Translations under genes and position numbers: made by a program
Shown: in pieces, positions 1 through 17,240 of the stretch
Layout: each line of letters starts with the position of its first letter
Numbering within the stretch: position 1 is the stretch's first letter
Source of the DNA: Flaccisagitta enflata
Lineage: Eukaryota
Assembly (NCBI GenBank): GCA_965153355.1
Contig: OZ231126.1
Coordinates: forward strand, 40,114,001 to 40,178,000
Length of the DNA stretch: 64,000 bases
Reading direction: 5' to 3'
Notes under the pieces: model-generated
What the model was told of the DNA's origin: nothing
What the model saw: the letters and a program-made list of their open reading frames with translations, nothing else
Databases searched by the model: none

Positions 1-2173
1 CCTTATCACTCCCTATCACTACCAATTCACCTACACAGTGCCTCGGATCCCACCACCACAAAAATAAGCAATTCACACCCCCATCACCCCCCTATCACCA
101 CTCAATTCACCTACACAGTGCCCGGATCCCACCACCACAAAAAAATAAGCACCACCCCTATCACCCCCCTATCACAACTCTCAATTCATCCTACACAGTG
201 CTCCGGATCCCACCACCACAAAAAATAAGTACCCACCACCCCTATCACCCCCTATCACTCACCAATTCACTCTACACAGTGCCCGGATCCCACCATCACG
301 AAAAATAAGTACCCGTCACCCCCTATCACCCCCCCCATCACCACCCATTCACCTACACAGTGCTCCGGATCCCACCACCACAAAAAATAAGTACCCGTCA
401 CCCCCTATCACCCCTATCACCACCAATTCACTTCCACACAGTGCTCCTTGATCCCACCACCACAAAGGTCAGCACCGTCACCCCCCTATCACCCCCCTAT
501 CACTACCAATTCACCTACACAGTGCCCGGATCCCACCACCACAAAAAATAAGTACCCGTCACCCCTATCACCCCCCGTAAGATGATCGATATCTGGGAAT
601 CCTTAAACTATACCACAGTGCTCCTGATCCCACCACCACAAAAATAAGTACCCGTCACCCCCTATCACCCCCTATCACCACCAATTCACCCACACAGTGC
701 CCCGGCTGATCCCACCACCACAAAAAAAAGGTACCCGTCACCTCTATCACCCCCTATCACCACCAATTCACCTACACAGTGCTCCGGATCCCACCACCAC
801 AAAAAATAAGTGCCCGGGCTACCCCCTATCACCCCCGCACGGCTCACTCAATTCACCTCCACAGTGCCCGGATCCCACCACTACAAAAAATAAGTACCCG
901 CCACCCCCCCTATCACCTCTCTATCACTGACTAATTCACCTACACAGTGCTCCCGGATCCCACCACCACAAAAATAAGTAACCTCACACCCCCCTATCAC
1001 CCCCCTATCACCACCAATTCACTCACAGTGCTCCGGATCCCACCACCACAAAATAACATAAATACTAACTTTTGCAAATCTGCCTCTGTCAAAACGCCCT
1101 GCCCCCTCTCACCCCACAGTGCTCCGGATCCCACCACCACAAAAATAAGTACCCGTCACCCCCTATCACCCCCCTATCACCACTAATTTCCACACAGTGC
1201 TCCGGATCCCACCACCACAAAAATAAGTACCCGTCACCCCCTCTCAACCCCCTTATCACCACCAATTCAATTTCCACACAGTGCGTCCGGACCCACCACC
1301 ACAAAATAAGCACCACACCCCTATCACCTCTCTCTATCACCACCAATTCACCTACACAGTGCCTCCGATCCCACCACCACAAAAAAAAAGTACCCGTCAC
1401 CCTCTATCACCCCCAAATCACCACCCATACACTCACACAGTGCTCCTGATCCCACCACCACAAAAATAAGTACCCGTCACCCCTATCACCCTCTCCCTAT
1501 CACCACTCAATTCACCCACAGTGCTCCGGATCCCACCACCACAAAAATAAGTACCCGTCACTCTCTATCACCCCCCTATCACCACCAATTCACCTACACA
1601 GTGCCCGGATCCCACCACCACAAAAAATAAGTACCGCTACCCCCTATCACCCCCTATCACCACCACACCCACACAGTGCTCCGGATCCCACCACCACAAA
1701 AATAAGTACCCGGCCACCCCCTATCACCCCCCTATCACCACCAATTCACCTACACAGTGCCCGGATCCCACCACCACAAAAATAAGTACCCGTCACCCCC
1801 TATCACTCCCCCTACACCACGCAATTCCGATCTACAGTGCTCCGGATCCCACCACCACAAAAATAAAAATGTGACTTTTGTACCGACCGACACGGCAAGG
1901 TGTAGCCCACACAGTGCTCCTTGATCCCACCACCACAAAAATAGAGCTTCTCTTTGCAAGGCTATACCCCCTAATCCCTCTGAGATACACACCCACAGTG
2001 CTCCGGATCCCACCACCACAAAAATAAGTACCTGACCACCCTCCTATCACCCCCTACTCACCAATCCACTCCACATTATGTGCTCCTGATCCCACCACCA
2101 CAAAAAATAGTACCCGTCACCCCCCTATCACCCCCCTATCACCACCAATTCACCTACACAGTGCTCCGGATCC
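1..2173. repeat. Tandem satellite, ~80-bp unit, roughly 27 copies, C-rich on + strand
   Basis: Unit CACAGTGCTCCGGATCCCACCACCACAAAAATAAGTACCCGTCACCCCCTATCACCCCCCTATCACCACCAATTCACCTA repeats from base 1 and ends abruptly at ...GTGCTCCGGATCC (2173). It carries a BamHI site in most units and internal CCCCCTATCA sub-repeats. Confidence 0.95.
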
Positions 2174-2513
2174 TGCACTCGGCCACCGTCCCTCCCACCT
2201 CCACAATCCACTTTTTGACTCATCATTTCCAACAAACTGCGCAAATTTTTATCACTCATCTTCTCTGTTCTATAAAAAAGCTAAATCTGATTTTGCAGGC
2301 CTGCTTTGCCCACAAGAAAGTAAACAATAATGTCTTTACTGATTCCAGTTTCATTCTTATTTATACTGATATTCTAGAAAACATCTTTAACATATTTTGG
2401 AAAGCTGTACTACAATATGCAAATGTCACTGATGTGAATTTTTTTAGCAATAAGCCTCGGCTCACTGAAGAATTGGCAATGCAATGGTCTGTTATATTTT
2501 AATGATATCTTAA

Positions 2514-3037
2514 AACAAGTGACGCGGGGTCACAATATCGTTGAGGATCAGTGGGCATCCTCATTCCCACACACACATACACAAAAAGCTTCTAAAACAC
2601 TTGTTTTCCTACTATTCGACTTGTGCTTACGGACAGACCAACAGACGGACGGACAAAGCCTCTTATAGAGGTGTGTGTCCGCAACTAAAGAGATACCGAT
2701 GTTTCTTTCTTTTTCCTTTTTAAATTTCGCAAAGTCTTAACATAATGCCAGACAAAAGATCGAGATGGCAAAAGTATAAAAAACAAGTGACGCGGGGTCA
2801 AAATATTGTTGCGGACAGGTGGGCAGGGGCATCCAACCCCCAGCCTCCCCCAACCACACCCCCAACCCCCCTCCAACACACACACACAAACAATACCAAC
2901 TGCAGCATCATGTATACGCGTTTTTCGCGTTTTCAACTCGAGCGTGACAACTCGAGTGTGACCGACGGACCGACGGACCGACAGACGGACCAACGGACGG
3001 ACAAAGTCTCTTATAGAGTTGTAGCCGAAACTAAAAA
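2514..3037 (-). mobile_element. Two adjacent family-A-related HINE-like copies
   Basis: Both start AAACAAGTGACGCGGGGTCA and end (GACGGAC)n-AAAG(C/T)CTCTTATAGAG...AACTAAA. Confidence 0.65.
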
Positions 3038-5525
3038 TGCTCTTGCCCACCTCGATCTCCCAAATGGCATTATGCTTTTTGTTTTTTTCTTTTTTTCTTT
3101 TCAATCCCGGAGATCCATTTTCAGTTCTTTTTTTTGTTCATAATGCGACTTATTCTAAGATGTTTTGTTATGTTTATATGTCTCTCTTCTCTCTATAACA
3201 TAACTAAAGACATTCTGGACTTGCAGCGGTCATAATGAAAATTTTCGAAATAACAAAATGACGCAGGAAAAGCTGTTACCGATCACCGTAGTTCAGGTCT
3301 CGCCTGCCTCCTCCTGCCTGCTCTCTCTCTCTGCTCCTCGCTTCTCCTTCTCTGCGCTTCTCGCCCCCTCGCATTTTCGAATTTATTGTGCTTGCTTCAT
3401 TTACGTATATCTTAACTTTTATACTGGTTACTTTAGTTACGATACCTAAAATAAGGAAAGCCGACTGGGACAAGATGTCTCTCCTTGCTTCATTTTCAGT
3501 TGAGAATCATATCCAAGACTGTTAGTTATTGAAAACGCTGCCTCTACTCCAAATATCATTAGTTTCGCTTCATGCTAATTTGTATGATATCGTAAATCAA
3601 CTTTTGCTCATATCTCCTTTCAAACTCAAAAGCGCAATCACGCGCAATACAGTGAAATCCGGAGAGTGAATTGGAACTAGAGAGAAACAAGGAAAATACA
3701 TATTTTCCAAAATCCTAGAAAATCCTGTAACTTTTATGAGCGAATTTGGATTCCCATTACTTTGTATGTGAAATGAGAGAGAGAGCATTATGAGAAAACG
3801 TCTGTAAAAACGCTTTAAAAAAGGATTTTTGAAAATTTCTTTTTGGACTTAGCCCCTAGACGAGTCAATTGATAACGTGAACTTTGAAAATTTGACCATT
3901 GAAATGACCGCTATGGCTACTTATTTTTCATGTAAAATTACTGTGAAATCACGCTATAGATATGGGTGGGCAGGGGCGGAAATGCGCGTTTTCCCACTTT
4001 TCGACTCGATCATTACGGACCGACGGACAGACCGACGGACAAAGCCTCTTATAGAGTTGCGTGTCCACAACTAAAAAGTAGGCTGAAAATAATGTGGAGA
4101 GAGAAAAGAAGAAAAGATAGTTCAAAGGAAGTGAGAAGGAAGAAATTTTCCAAGAAAACTCCATAAGACATGATGAAGAAGAGAGTGAGGAGAACAAGGA
4201 TGGAATGGGGGAGGAAGACGAAAAAGGATCAAGAAAACGTTTGATGAAGACTGACATTGTGGAATGGGTAAAACAAAAAGAACAAGGCCAAGTTTCGTGC
4301 GCCTCACTGAGTTAACGTTTTGGACTGAAGAATCAATAAATGAGTAAATGAATGAATGATTGAATCAATGAATGAATCAATGAATGAACCAATGGATAAA
4401 TGAATGAATGAATGAATGAATGAATGAATGAATGAATGAATGAATGAATGAATGAATGAATGAATGAAGGACGTCGGAATCAGCAGTTTTTGGCAGTTAG
4501 TGTGACAGCATACATACGGATCGACTTACCAACTGACCAATCAACTAATGGACCAATATGAACATTTATAGATGTGCGAGGACGCAGAAGATGCAAGAAG
4601 GTGCTTCATCACCAATGTGTGGTTCATCACCTAAGTAACATTAGATAACAATAATCTCTGTTTTCCCACTGATTGGTTTATCTATGTGCCAGTGCCAACT
4701 TAAGTAATCTGTAAGTGCCAGTGCCAATATAATAAACAGCCAGGCGTGCTTTTTATGGAGTAGCGGGTAGCGCCGCTACTCGGAATGATATGGGCGCCTC
4801 TCAGAAAATCTCAGAAGAAGAAGAAGAAGTAGAAGAAAAAGAAGAAGGAGAAGAAGAAGAAAAAGAAGTTAAAGGAAACAATTGAGAAAAAGAAAGCATG
4901 TAGGAAATATGGTTTATACTTCATAGCATACATTTACACCCATTTCACTTTCTCACTGGATTAATTCCCTTCAGGCTTTAAGACCAGTTCATCGCCTCTA
5001 ACCGCTCAACATCACCTTACGCCAATAGTTTCTGGACGGGATAGGTCCCCCGCCGTTTAAAAATGCCCCCAGAAGGTAATCCGGAAGGTTTAACCTTATC
5101 GATTTCGTTAATCAAATTTGGATTTACAATATTTGTTGTATGCTTTGAAGTTAAGACTTAGAGGAATCATTACCACCATTTTTTTACGTGGGGCAAACGA
5201 AATCATCTTAAAAATCACAAATTTTTATTTGGTAATTATGAGATGCAACACACAATAGATTCGAGCGTTAATAAATATAAGACATCTTTAGATTTCTTTA
5301 AATACTGAAAAGAGCAACTACTGCAATATGCAAATAAGCTCCACACATCGCTTGTGAGATATGAAAGTGACCGCGCGTCACTTGTTATTCTGTAATACGC
5401 TACCACTTTGTTTTACTTTTTGAAAGTATCAAAGCTTTAGATCTACAGTAAAAAAAGGTTTGTTGCGATGTCTCCTCTTTCTGAAAACAAGGGGGCACTA
5501 ATGAGAGAGGGAGCGATAAAGACAA

Positions 5526-5697
5526 AAACAAGGCCGGATACACGGCCACCAGTTGCGGACGGGTGGGCAGGGGCGGATATGCGTATTTTCCCACTTTTCG
5601 ATTCGTGTCCACGGACCGACGGACCACCAACCGACCGACCGACCGACCGACGGACGAAGAAAGCCTCTTATAGAGTTGTGTGTCCGCAACTAAAAAA
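5526..5697 (-). mobile_element. HINE-like family A copy (near-identical partial copy at ~3963-4077)
   Basis: AACAAGGCCGGATACACGGC...GGGTGGGCAGGGGCGG...(GACC)n...TCTTATAGAGTTGTGTGTCCGCAACTAAAA. Confidence 0.7.
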
Positions 5698-7856
5698 GGT
5701 ACCAGTATTCATTTTCGTTATTGGCGGATTTCCGTTACGCGGGTCCATGCGCGTGTTGTTGGGACTACGAAACAGGATAGTGAAAGTTAAGCTAAGGCTT
5801 CGCGAAATGATTAATTACTGGTGTAAATCACGCCGCTACAGAGTGAAATTCAAAAGAGATCAAGCCACGGTTTGGTTCTTTCTCTCCGCAATGAAAAATG
5901 TAATTTCCAAGTCAAATTCTTGGCTCTCTAAATAACAGAATTTTTTTTCAAAAAACGCTTTTGTAAAAGTAACCAAACGGCGTGATCAATATTCCTTTAG
6001 TTACTAAAACAAAACATCGCAGATAGCTTCAGATCATTTGAATTTTTTACTGCCTATAGTGCCTAGGTACTGAAAAGATTTCAACTGAAAAAGAACATCG
6101 ATTAAAAAGAAAATAGAAAACTGAAAAATTCTTGTTTTGAGCTGTCCTAATTTGACTTTATGATCTCTATCGATACGATCTAAAGCAATTCCTGTAATTT
6201 GACTAGGAAAGCCAGTATCATTTACTAGTACAGGTTTGTTTTGATTAAGATTTTAGCATTAAATTAAAACGATCATGAATTGCGCTCATAAACTCTCCCA
6301 TCCATCGGCCATCCCATTCATCCACAAGTGCTGTGTAGCAATCTACGTTACACTCTTCAGTCACGTGCAAGCGACTCTATAACCCGCTTGGTCGGCCAGT
6401 CGGTTGGTCAGTAGGACAGTCCGTCAGTCGGTGACACTTTGCTTATTCGGCCTTTGCACCCGTATTTTCCATTACAGTTCATGCCCAAAGGCTGTCTTAT
6501 TACTGCCCCCGCCTACTCTCACGCGATTTGGGTAGTAATTTACCGGCCTTGTTTTTTGTTTTTTTTTTTTTATTTTTTTGGCCAGAGTAAGAGCATGCCC
6601 AGGCTGAGATTCAATTTTGGCTAATTTTTTTAGTATCGTATTACAATGAATTAAAATCATTCGGATTTTTCCGAAAAAATGGTAGTTTTTTTCTTGAAAA
6701 TAGCTTTGTCTATGGTTTTCCTAGGAAATTAGATATCATAATAAATAATAATGAACAAGTTTTTAACTTTCAATGCAAGTAATACTACTGATTGATGTAT
6801 TTATATATCAAAGTATATCCATACGTCTAGGAAATTAGGTGCACTTTTAGAGAACTTGAGTCTAGAAACGGCCAAGAATTCATTTCAGTTGTATTGTAAT
6901 AACAAAGTAGAATGTAGATGATTAGTCACTAAATGCGCTGCAATTAAGAAGTCATCATCGAATCTTGTATGTACCTCACCATTGACTTAGGCGGAAGTGA
7001 ATGATTTTGATTAATAATAATATTAACTTTTCTGCGTTTATCGATGCAAAATATGTAAACGTTGACTGCTGCAATTTACTTCTTTTTCTGGTCACGGATA
7101 CGACTGTCTATAACCTAGTCCGTTGGTTTGTCGAATCGTTAATGGGTCGGTCAGTTAGCCAATCTGTCCGTCAGTGTCCGTCGTTCCGTCAGTCAGTCAG
7201 TTGTGACCTGGTCCGTTGGTTTTTCAAATCGTTAATGGGTGGGTCTGTTAGCATGTCTGTCCGTCAGTGTCCGTCGTTCCGTCAGTCAGTCAGTCCGTCC
7301 GTGTCCATCAGTCCGTTGGTCACAAAGTTTCTTTTTGAAGTTTTCCGCACCTGCCTCCTCTTCGGCGATTAATGTTGCAGTGTATCCGTCCTTGTTTCAT
7401 ATAGAAACTGAAGGCAACTTGGCATATTTACTCGTGGGGATGGTTCCACTTATGCTAATGGTGGCCATTTTAAGCAGGAGAAAAAACCTCCAAGAAAGAA
7501 AACGTATTCCATATGAAATGAGAAAGAAAGAAGAAAAGAAGAAAAGCGATGAGGAAGTTTGAAGCAACGGAAACGAATTTTCTTGATATGAATGATCTTT
7601 TATTCGTCAGAATATGACAGAGGCATACACACATAACTAAAAAACTAAAAAACTAAATCCGCAACATGATATGTTTTAATATAACGAGTCATCTACCATC
7701 ATGTAATTGCAATTGGAAGGTTTCTTTACTCCATCCAAATTTTCCATCGAATGAATGTAATCATAAGAGACTACAAGGAAAAGCACCAATTGCTGAAATG
7801 ATAAGACGGTAAGGAATAATGAAAAAGGCGAAGAAAGTAGTAAAGAGGGAGAAGAG

Positions 7857-8452
7857 GAAGAAGAAGAAGAAAAAGAAGAAGAAGAAGAAAAAGAAGAAAA
7901 AGAAGAAAAAGAAGAAAAAGAAGAAAAAGAAGAAAAAGAAGAAGGTGAAGAAGAAAAAGAAGAAAAAGAAGAAAGAGAAGAAGAAGAAAGAGAAGAAGAA
8001 GAAGAAGAAGAAGAAGAAGAAGAAGAAGAAGAAGAAGAAGAAGAAGAAGAAGAAGAAGAAGAAGAAGAAGAAGAAGAAGAAGAAGAAGAAGAAGAAGAAG
8101 AAGAAGAAGAAGAAGAAGAAGAAGAAGAAGAAGAAGAAGAAGAAGAAGAAGAAGAAGAAGAAGAAGAAGAAGAAAAAGAAGAAGAATACATAGAAGAAGA
8201 TGAAGAAGAAGTAGAAGTAAGAGAAGAAGAAAAAGAAGAATAAGAAGAAGAAGGAGAAGAAGAAGAAGAAGAAAAAGAAGAAGAATACGTAGAAGAAGAT
8301 GAAGAAGAAGTAGAAGTAAGAGAAGAAGAAAAAGAAGAATAAGAAGAAGAAGGAGAAGAAGAAGAAGAAGAAAAAGAAAAAGAAGAAGAATACGTAGAAG
8401 AAGATGAAGAAGAAGTAGAAGTAAGAGAAGAAGTATAAGAAGAATAAGAAGA
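7857..8452. repeat. (GAA)n microsatellite with a ~100-bp higher-order unit at its right end
   Basis: Pure GAA run ~7992-8172; variant block AATAC(A/G)TAGAAGAAGATGAAGAAGAAGTAGAAGTAAG recurs at ~8184, 8283 and 8388. Confidence 0.95.
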
Positions 8453-9060
8453 GAAAACAAAGTACGGGTGCTTCTGCATTCACCGTACTATTTGTATATT
8501 TTATCTGGATATCAATATCCGGATATTCTACATAGTATAGGTGTGTCTGCATTAATCATCTAATTTGGATATTCTATTTGAATATCAATATCCGGATATT
8601 TCATGTAATAAATCTTATAAATTCACTATGTAGAATATCCGGATATTGATATAGAAAAAAAATATCCAAATAATATGGTAAATGCTGACGCACTCTGAAT
8701 TTACAAAATTTACTAAATGAAATATCCGGATATTAATATTCAAATAGAATATCTGAATAAGCTGATTTATGCAGACACACCTTAAGAGAAGAAGCAGAAG
8801 TAGCTTCAAGGCTGTGATTTGGGCCACATGCCTTTAAAACGGAATATAGAACTCAAAGCTGGGAATTGAGCCTCAGGCGTGGTATTTGATGGTATTTAGC
8901 GCACAAGGGGGTGGGGGGAGGGCACGTTGAAGAAGAAGGAGAGGAAATTTCTAGATATGTTAAAGCATAGTTCACTGGCCACTTCGGGGCCGCTGCCCAT
9001 AAGAAAGAAAGGCTTGGGTGGAAGTGATGAAAAAGAAGTGAATTGTCGGCGATCCTTTTA

Positions 9061-9150
<90 letters not shown>

Positions 9151-9290
9151 GCGGCGCTTCCTTCAGATCAATCACGACTTTTCTTCTTGCCATCCATTAA
9201 AAGAAACGGAGAGGAAACACAAAATGAGAAACACAGGAGGAAAGGGAAAAGAAAAGGATGAGAGAGCGAGAGAGAGATAGAGAGAGAGAT

Positions 9291-9347
<57 letters not shown>

Positions 9348-10256
9348 GAAAGAAATAGAGGCGGGCAGATTGTCAAACAAACAGACCGGCCAAGAGCACG
9401 TTGTGAACAGATTCGTGAATTACATGAAGGAATGATTGAAGGACTGAAAAAAAACTTTCTGTAAGAGGATATGTCATTCAACCGAGTATACTGAATTTAT
9501 TCCATTCCTTGTTGATCGATACCAATCATTGGATGCTTGCTGGTCAAGTCCGCGTTAAATATTAGCTCCAATACATCAATACAAATAACGGCGGGACTGT
9601 TATATTACAATCTTTCAGAAACCTCTCGCATGTATCACAATATTGAGGTTTACAGACTTTTATGCCCAAATTGACATTAGAAGATAAATACATAATCTTA
9701 GTAGGGCCACCACACGTATACCCTCCCTCTAATTACCATACTTTTCAATGGCAGCTTCATTAAATGATGACGTCCATGTTAAACATAAAATTATACATAG
9801 TTGGTGCCTTGGAGTGGAGCTAAACAATGATATAATCATTTTGATTTCCATGGCTAGTTCACACCCGTGTGATTGGGTAAGGGCATGCAGTGATGCGAAA
9901 AACGCCCACAAACGCTCTAGGAGCAAAGTGACACATGGATCGAGAGACAAAACGTTGCCTACGTTGCGTGCGTTGCAGGCGCGCGACTTAAACAAACGCG
10001 GAAGAAAGACTAGAGAGAAATTAAGAGTAATTAAAGGAACCATTTTCTTCTTTCTTCGTCCATCTCGCTTGGCTGATTTTTCCGACCACAATCCGAACTG
10101 AACTGCGCCTCTTCCGATTGGCTTCCGAATTAAGCTGAGTCTTCCGACGGGCTTCCGAAATTCCCTAATGTCCTCTTAAATGAGAAGGCAAACACTTTTT
10201 TCTTTTTCCTTCTTTTTTTTTTACTCAACAGAAACCGGGAAAAAGCGACCTCCATA

Positions 10257-10321
<65 letters not shown>

Positions 10322-11199
10322 TAGCGTCCTCTCAATGTCAGCCAGGAAAACATGTTTCTAAGCAACGAACATAAAAGGGAACAAAAGAGTCACATGATTC
10401 CACCCTTACTACAACTTAACTTTCTAGCTGTCTTTCTTTCGGTCTTTCTATTTGGCTGTCTTTCCACATATATGTATGTCTTTCTGCCTGTCTGTCTGTC
10501 TGTCGATCTGTCTGTCATTTCTGCGTGCATGTCTCTCTATCTGTCTATATTTCTGTCTATCTGTCTGTCTCACTGTGTCTGTCCTTCTGTCCTCCTTACA
10601 ACCACAAAAGCTATATTCTCAGAGTTTTTCCATTTATCCTTTTTTTTCTTGCTTCGATTTTTTTTTTCAATTCAATTCTGTATCATTCTCTCTTTGAACC
10701 TGTGCTTACATTCCTTCCATCTTCTTTCTTTTTCCATTCTTACATCTCTTCGTTTGTACAAGAAACAAGACCGGCTAAATGGCTACTCCAGTTGCGTGCG
10801 GGTGTGCAGGGGCAGTATTTGAGTCACTTGTGGAGATCGAGTCTACCCTCTTCAGTATATCAACCTAAGAGTGAAACTTTAATGAATATCAATTGTCGGG
10901 AAAAAAGTCGTAGTCAGTCTTCGACTTTTTGACATATTTGAAAGAAACATGGTTTTCATTTTCTTAGGAGAAAGTTAAGGCTCTCATATGGCTGATTGGT
11001 CCCTCAAAAAAATTGATAGGGTAAGTAAATTTGATAATTCTCTTTTATTTGGCGCCAAGCAGAATGCTCTACAACAAATATTTTTTGCTTTATGATTTTT
11101 TAAAGATTTATTTACGAAAAATTCAAATTGAATTTTTTTCCGATTTTTTATGATAATCTGTAGGATCGATAAAGGAGTGTATCTAAGTTTGTTTGAGCA

Positions 11200-12340
11200 T
11201 GCGAATACAAGAAAACATGTTTATGAGCATAGCTGCTCATCTGTGAGGGTGATTTTGAGCATTCTAGCTCATTTAGCTCATTTAGCTCATTTTTATTTAT
11301 TTCAAATTCAATAAATGAATAAATATATTGATACATGTTTAAGCAAGCAAATACATGAAAGCATGTCAGCGAGCAGAGCTGCTCATCTGTCAGGGTGTTT
11401 TTAAGTATACTAGCTCATTTAGCTCATTTTCCTCGCTCTTTTTTTCTGATTTTATAACAGATAAAAAAATGAATATTTTGATTTAAACATGCAAATACAA
11501 GCAAGCATGTCAGTGAGCATAGCTAGTTATCTGGTTGAGTGATTTTGAATATTTTAGTTCATCTTGCACATTAGGCTCAGTCCTATTTTTCTCTGATTTT
11601 CAGTGCAATCAATATGTTCAATAGCTTTTGTTTTGATCTAACAAATATAAAGAATTACAGTGACTAAAGACAAAAGCTGGATGAAAAGTGAACAACGCTT
11701 ACAATTTTTTTCCTTACGGCTACAGCCGCCATTACTGGTATATTCTTTAATGGATCTACCTAAGAGTGAAACATTATTGGAGATTCACTGCTTCCTCTTT
11801 AGTGGATTAACCCGAGAATGAAGCCTCAAATAAAAGAACTATATTCTGTTTGGACTTCAGTGGATCAACTCGAGAGTGAAGCCACAATAGAGATCAGCTA
11901 TATCTTCTATAGAGGATCAACTCAGCAGTGAAAGCGCAATTTATGAGCTTTGACCCGCGAGGTATAACAGACTCATTTCGTAGCATCTGCGAGATAACTC
12001 CTGGCCATAGTCATAACGGAAACGACTATGCTACTCTTATAAGAGCCATCTATGGCATAAATCATGGGGCCCGCCAGTTTCAACAGAGCCATCTATGGTA
12101 AAGAATTTGTTCTGGCCGTTCTAACCAGATCTATCCAAGGTATTGGCCAGTTGTAACAGAGCCGTTAATGGAAAGGGCTACAGTATTGGCTGATCTTACC
12201 AGAGCCATCTATGGTATAGACTATGGTGCTGCATGATTGGAAAAAAGACATCTATGGTGTAGATCATAATGCCAGCCGATCATACCTTAGTCATCTATGA
12301 TGTAAACTATGGTGCCGGCCTATCTTACCTATGTCATCTC
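11200..12340. repeat. Adjacent degenerate minisatellites (~145-bp x3; ~50-bp GGATCAAC..GAGTGAA; ~40-bp CCATCTATGG)
   Basis: Recurrent GAGCATAGCTGCTCATCTG-like blocks at 11200-11580, GGAT(C/T)AAC..AGAGTGAA at 11750-11935 (also 10850-10880), and AGAGCCATCTATGG at 12040-12300 and ~12957. Confidence 0.7.
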
Positions 12341-12419
12341 ACTATGTTCCCAGAGGGCGGCACCTCAAGACAAAACAAATTATGCTGGCACTTTTGACCT
12401 AAATAAACGGCTGAAACTA

Positions 12420-16755
<4,336 letters not shown>

Positions 16756-17012
16756 TTCAGCAGATCGAGATGGAGATGGAGAAGGGAGATCAGCGGAAAT
16801 TCCTCTCTGAATTAGACGCCGTCGCAGCTACTGGACATTAGAAGATAAAGCAGGCCAACAATATCGACTTATAGCTTTATTGTCTAGCAAATGCTATGCT
16901 GGTTGCTCATAGAATCTTGATAACGACATGGTTGCGATGGCAAGATGCGCAGCATGCTGCTTTATCTTGTAGTATCTGAGCTGACAAATATATGTCTTCA
17001 AATGCGCGTTTA

Positions 17013-17240
17013 TTTTTAGTCGCGTGCTACGCGACTCTACATCCCGCTTTGTCGGTCCATTGGTCCGTTGGTCCGTTGGTCCGTCGGTCCGTCGGTCCGT
17101 CGGTCCGTCCGTCACACTTTACTTTTTTTGGGTTTTTGCAGTCTTTGGCCTCACTGCTCCTGCCCAAATGATGAAGTGACCTCAAATATAGCCCCTGCCC
17201 ACCCGCACGCGACTGGGGTAGCCGTGTATCCGGCCTTGTT
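17013..17240 (+). mobile_element. HINE/DINE-1-like non-autonomous element, family A (complete reference copy)
   Basis: T-run, 5' hairpin AGTCGCGTGCTACGCGACT, (GGTCC-like)n microsatellite, core CTGCTCCTGCCCAAATG...GCCCCTGCCCACCC, 3' subterminal repeat CACGCGACT, 3' stem-loop GCCGTGTATCCGGC, then CTTGTT in a T-run. Confidence 0.75.

Noticed and set aside
1-2173. CRISPR array interpretation of the conserved-core/variable-half repeat
   Set aside because: Most inter-core segments are copies of one sequence, there are no cas genes, and the context is intron-containing eukaryotic DNA.
360-2502. Pro/His/Thr-rich ORFs in the satellite
   Set aside because: Translations of the tandem unit with frequent frame changes; no consistent frame.
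7676-8552. Poly-Ser/Phe/Leu/Lys ORFs, including a possible minus-strand terminal exon SYDYIHSMENLDGVKKPSNCNYMMVDDSLY
   Set aside because: The long ORFs are (GAA)n artefacts; the short peptide would need a phase-1 junction, incompatible with direct splicing from exon F, and has no recognisable homology.
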